NCBI GenBank assembly: GCA_041664925.1
Contig: JBAYJV010000003.1
Span: 21,179 to 85,178 of the forward strand
Source: Minisyncoccota bacterium
GTDB lineage: Bacteria > Patescibacteriota > Minisyncoccia > JBAYJV01
Direction of reading: 5' to 3'
DNA: 64,000 nucleotides
Shown here: piece after piece, positions 61,768-64,000 of the stretch
How the letters are laid out: every line of letters starts with the position of its first letter
How positions within the stretch are numbered: position 1 is the first letter of the stretch
Notes under the pieces: model-generated
What the model was told of the DNA's origin: nothing
The model's database searches: none
What the model saw: only the letters and a program-made list of their open reading frames with translations
Program-made: the position numbers and the translations under genes

Positions 61768-61795
61768 GGGGGCAGTTAAGCACTGCCCCTTTTTT
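61768..61795 (+). terminator. Terminator closing the array
   Basis: GGGGCAGT-TAAGC-ACTGCCCC-TTTTTT. Confidence 0.85.
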
Positions 61796-61864
61796 ATTAA
61801 AAAACAGCGAATTATACGATCATACTATTGCAATAAAAAGAAGATTGTGGTAGTATATTTTTGT

Positions 61865-62158
61865 ATGGAAACAAAAGAAAAATTTGAAATTTCTGAGCTA
61901 GAAAAATTTCTCAAAAAACACGAACTTGAACACATTCATTCTGATGTTTTTGAGAGAATTGTAATTTTAGTTATTGCGGCTCTCGGTTTGATTGCTGCGC
62001 TAGCGTGGGATGAGGCGTTGAAACATATTTTTGAAGAAATCTTTGGCGGCAAGGGAACGCTGGGCGAAGAAATTTCTTATGCGGTGACAATAACCATCAT
62101 TACTGCATTCATATCAGTACGACTGGGAAGGTTTTTTCCAAAACGAAAAAAGAAATAA
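61865..62158 (+). CDS. DUF5654-like small membrane protein
   Basis: AALGLIAALAWDEA, YAVTITII. Confidence 0.75.
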   Translation: METKEKFEISELEKFLKKHELEHIHSDVFERIVILVIAALGLIAALAWDEALKHIFEEIFGGKGTLGEEISYAVTITIITAFISVRLGRFFPKRKKK

Positions 62159-62208
62159 TCTAAACTTTTCTAATTCTAATGCACGAGATTAAAATCCGTG
62201 CATTTTTA

Positions 62209-62604
62209 TTTCATTAAGATCAATTAGTCCCGCGCAAGAATCTTCGGGATGAGATCATAATTATCTGCGACTTAGATTATCAAAATCGAGAGTTTCATAT
62301 TCTCAGCTATGGATTAACTGATCTAAGATTCATTTCATTTATCAAGATCAGTTAGCCCCGCGCAAAAAAGATAATTGGTTTTACCTCATTTCATTATTCA
62401 TAATGTGGTTGCCATTTTCATATTCTCAGCTGTGGGCTTAATGGTCTAAAACTTGCTATGCTCGTTAAGACCATTTAGTCCCGTGGAAGAAAAGACAAGA
62501 GAGTATAGTCAATATATAGTGGCATATCGCTTCGGGTTTTTTTGAACAATCTCAACTATGGACTAAACACCCTAAAATTCAGTCTTCATTAAGGGTGTTT
62601 AGCA
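62209..62604. repeat. Array of degenerate long hairpins separated by about 60-nt unique segments
   Basis: Recurring TCTCARCTRTGG...hairpin...TTAGYCCCGYG, period about 125 nt. Confidence 0.65.
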
Positions 62605-62695
62605 CTCTTGACCCTTCGACTTCGCTCAGGGCGAGCCAATAATATAGTTATGAGTAATCAATTTGTAAAAGACTTGTTTCAAGTTTGTTAACGAA

Positions 62696-62722
62696 TTGGC
62701 AGTCTTGACACGGGAGTGCTAA
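62696..62722 (+). promoter_or_regulatory. CIRCE operator overlapping the -35 of the hrcA promoter
   Basis: TTGGCAGTC-N9-GAGTGCTAA; TTGACA(62705)-17-TAAACT. Confidence 0.88.
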
Positions 62723-62828
62723 GGGAGTAAACTATGTAGCATAAACTTCAGATTTTAAACAGGAAATTAAGCATTGTATCTCGGATTCTAACTTCTAGCT
62801 TCTAACTTCTGACTTCTAAATTCTAGTT

Positions 62829-63524
62829 ATGGAATTAACCAATCGACAAAAAGAAGTACTAACTTCGGTAATTCAAGAATATTCTAAAGAAGGCAAGCCC
62901 GTGGCTTCGCTTGATTTGGCTCAAGAATATGATTTTTCCGATTCACCAGCAACTATTAGGGCTGAGATGAGCTTTCTTGAAAAAGAAGGATTTTTGGAAA
63001 AACCTCACACTTCTGCTGGTCGTGTACCGACAGAAAAAGGTTATCGCTTTTACGTTAAAGAATTGATGAAAAGAAAAGAATTAGGAGAAGGCGATAAGAG
63101 AAAAATAAAAGTCAGAGTCAACGAGATAAAAAAAGAAGACGATTTTCATCAAGAGTTAGCAGAGGTTTTGTCCAATTTTAGCAATTCATTGGTTATGGTT
63201 GGCCAGGAAGAAGAAAACCATCTCTATTTTTCTGGACTTGATGAGCTTCTTGAAACAATGGACAGAGAAATGTTTTATAGCGTCGCCCATTTTTTAGAGG
63301 AAACAGAAAGGGACATGGACGATCTTGTTGAATATTCAAATAACGAGCCAAACATTTTTATCGGACAGGATCACCCATTGCTTAAAGGAGCTAAATGCGG
63401 ACTAATCATCTCAAGATACCGAAGAGGTGGTGACAATGGCGTTGTTGCTCTTTTAGGGCCGGACAGAATGGACTACGAAAGAAATCTTTCATTAATTCAA
63501 TATATTAATAAAATTTTGCAGTAA
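62829..63524 (+). CDS. hrcA: Heat-inducible transcription repressor (short form)
   Basis: SPATIRAEM, PHTSAGRVPTEKGYRFYV, LGPDRMDY. Confidence 0.95.
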   Translation: MELTNRQKEVLTSVIQEYSKEGKPVASLDLAQEYDFSDSPATIRAEMSFLEKEGFLEKPHTSAGRVPTEKGYRFYVKELMKRKELGEGDKRKIKVRVNEIKKEDDFHQELAEVLSNFSNSLVMVGQEEENHLYFSGLDELLETMDREMFYSVAHFLEETERDMDDLVEYSNNEPNIFIGQDHPLLKGAKCGLIISRYRRGGDNGVVALLGPDRMDYERNLSLIQYINKILQ

Positions 63525-63700
63525 CAATATTAAATTCGAAATTCGAAGCACGAAATTCGAAACACCTGCCTGTCGGCAGACAGGAATTCAAAATTCTAAT
63601 ATTTAATGTTTTAAACCGTTTAGAATTTATGATTTCGAGATTAAATATTGTTTCGATTTTCGGATTTCGATATTCGGATTTATATATTATTTATATTCTT

Positions 63701-64000
63701 ATGACAAAAAAAGAAACAAAAAAAACTCACAAGAAGAAAGAAGAAACAAAAAAAGTTGAAGAAAAAAAAGCCAGCCCAGGACTGGAAAGTATACCAGAAA
63801 AGACCAATGAGTATCTTGAGGGATGGAAACGGATAAAGGCGGAATTCGACAACTATCGGAAAGACGAGCAGAAGAGAATGCAGGATATGGGAATCTTTTT
63901 CAAAGCAGGCATGGTGCTGGAAATTCTTCCGACACTAGACAGTTTTGAGGAGGCGATCAAGCAAGTTCCAGAAAAAGACAAAGAATCAGATTGGGTAAAA
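63701..64000 (+). CDS. grpE: Nucleotide exchange factor GrpE (5' partial)
   Basis: EYLEGWKRIKAEFDNYRK..ILPTLDSFEEA; follows hrcA. Confidence 0.92.
   Translation, partial: MTKKETKKTHKKKEETKKVEEKKASPGLESIPEKTNEYLEGWKRIKAEFDNYRKDEQKRMQDMGIFFKAGMVLEILPTLDSFEEAIKQVPEKDKESDWVK

Noticed and set aside
62629-62640. Extra guide unit (GGCGAGCCAAT)
   Set aside because: No AGGCAAYA box 9 nt downstream; it is the tail of a hairpin element

Overview
Chromosomal segment of a low-GC Patescibacteria/CPR-type (Parcubacteria-like) bacterium, genetic code 11; the taxonomy is inferred from gene content and intergenic repeat style. Housekeeping genes include the nrdD 3' end, nrdG, split comEC, ndk, rpmB, aspS, miaA, glyA, thyX, thrS, dnaE, hrcA-grpE with CIRCE, tRNA-Pro and tRNA-Leu. 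They are interleaved with many small promoter-gene-terminator accessory cassettes, three REP-associated tyrosine transposases with short palindromes, and two GIY-YIG genes flanked by duplicated tRNA fragments. There is also an [FeFe]-hydrogenase/NuoF-like pair and a radical SAM-SPASM operon next to a membrane protein with a (Cys-Ala)n tail. The standout is a candidate RNA-guided locus at about 59.2-61.8 kb. It encodes an IS110/Nop-fold protein with no visible nuclease domain, split by a -1 slippery site and carrying a Cys-rich insert. This gene is flanked by a 21-unit array and a divergent 3-unit array of 36-nt dual-spacer repeats (AGCCA-N9-AGGCAAYA-N9-AGGCG). That is the architecture of TIGR-Tas (TasA-like) systems. 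All calls were made by eye; no searches were run.
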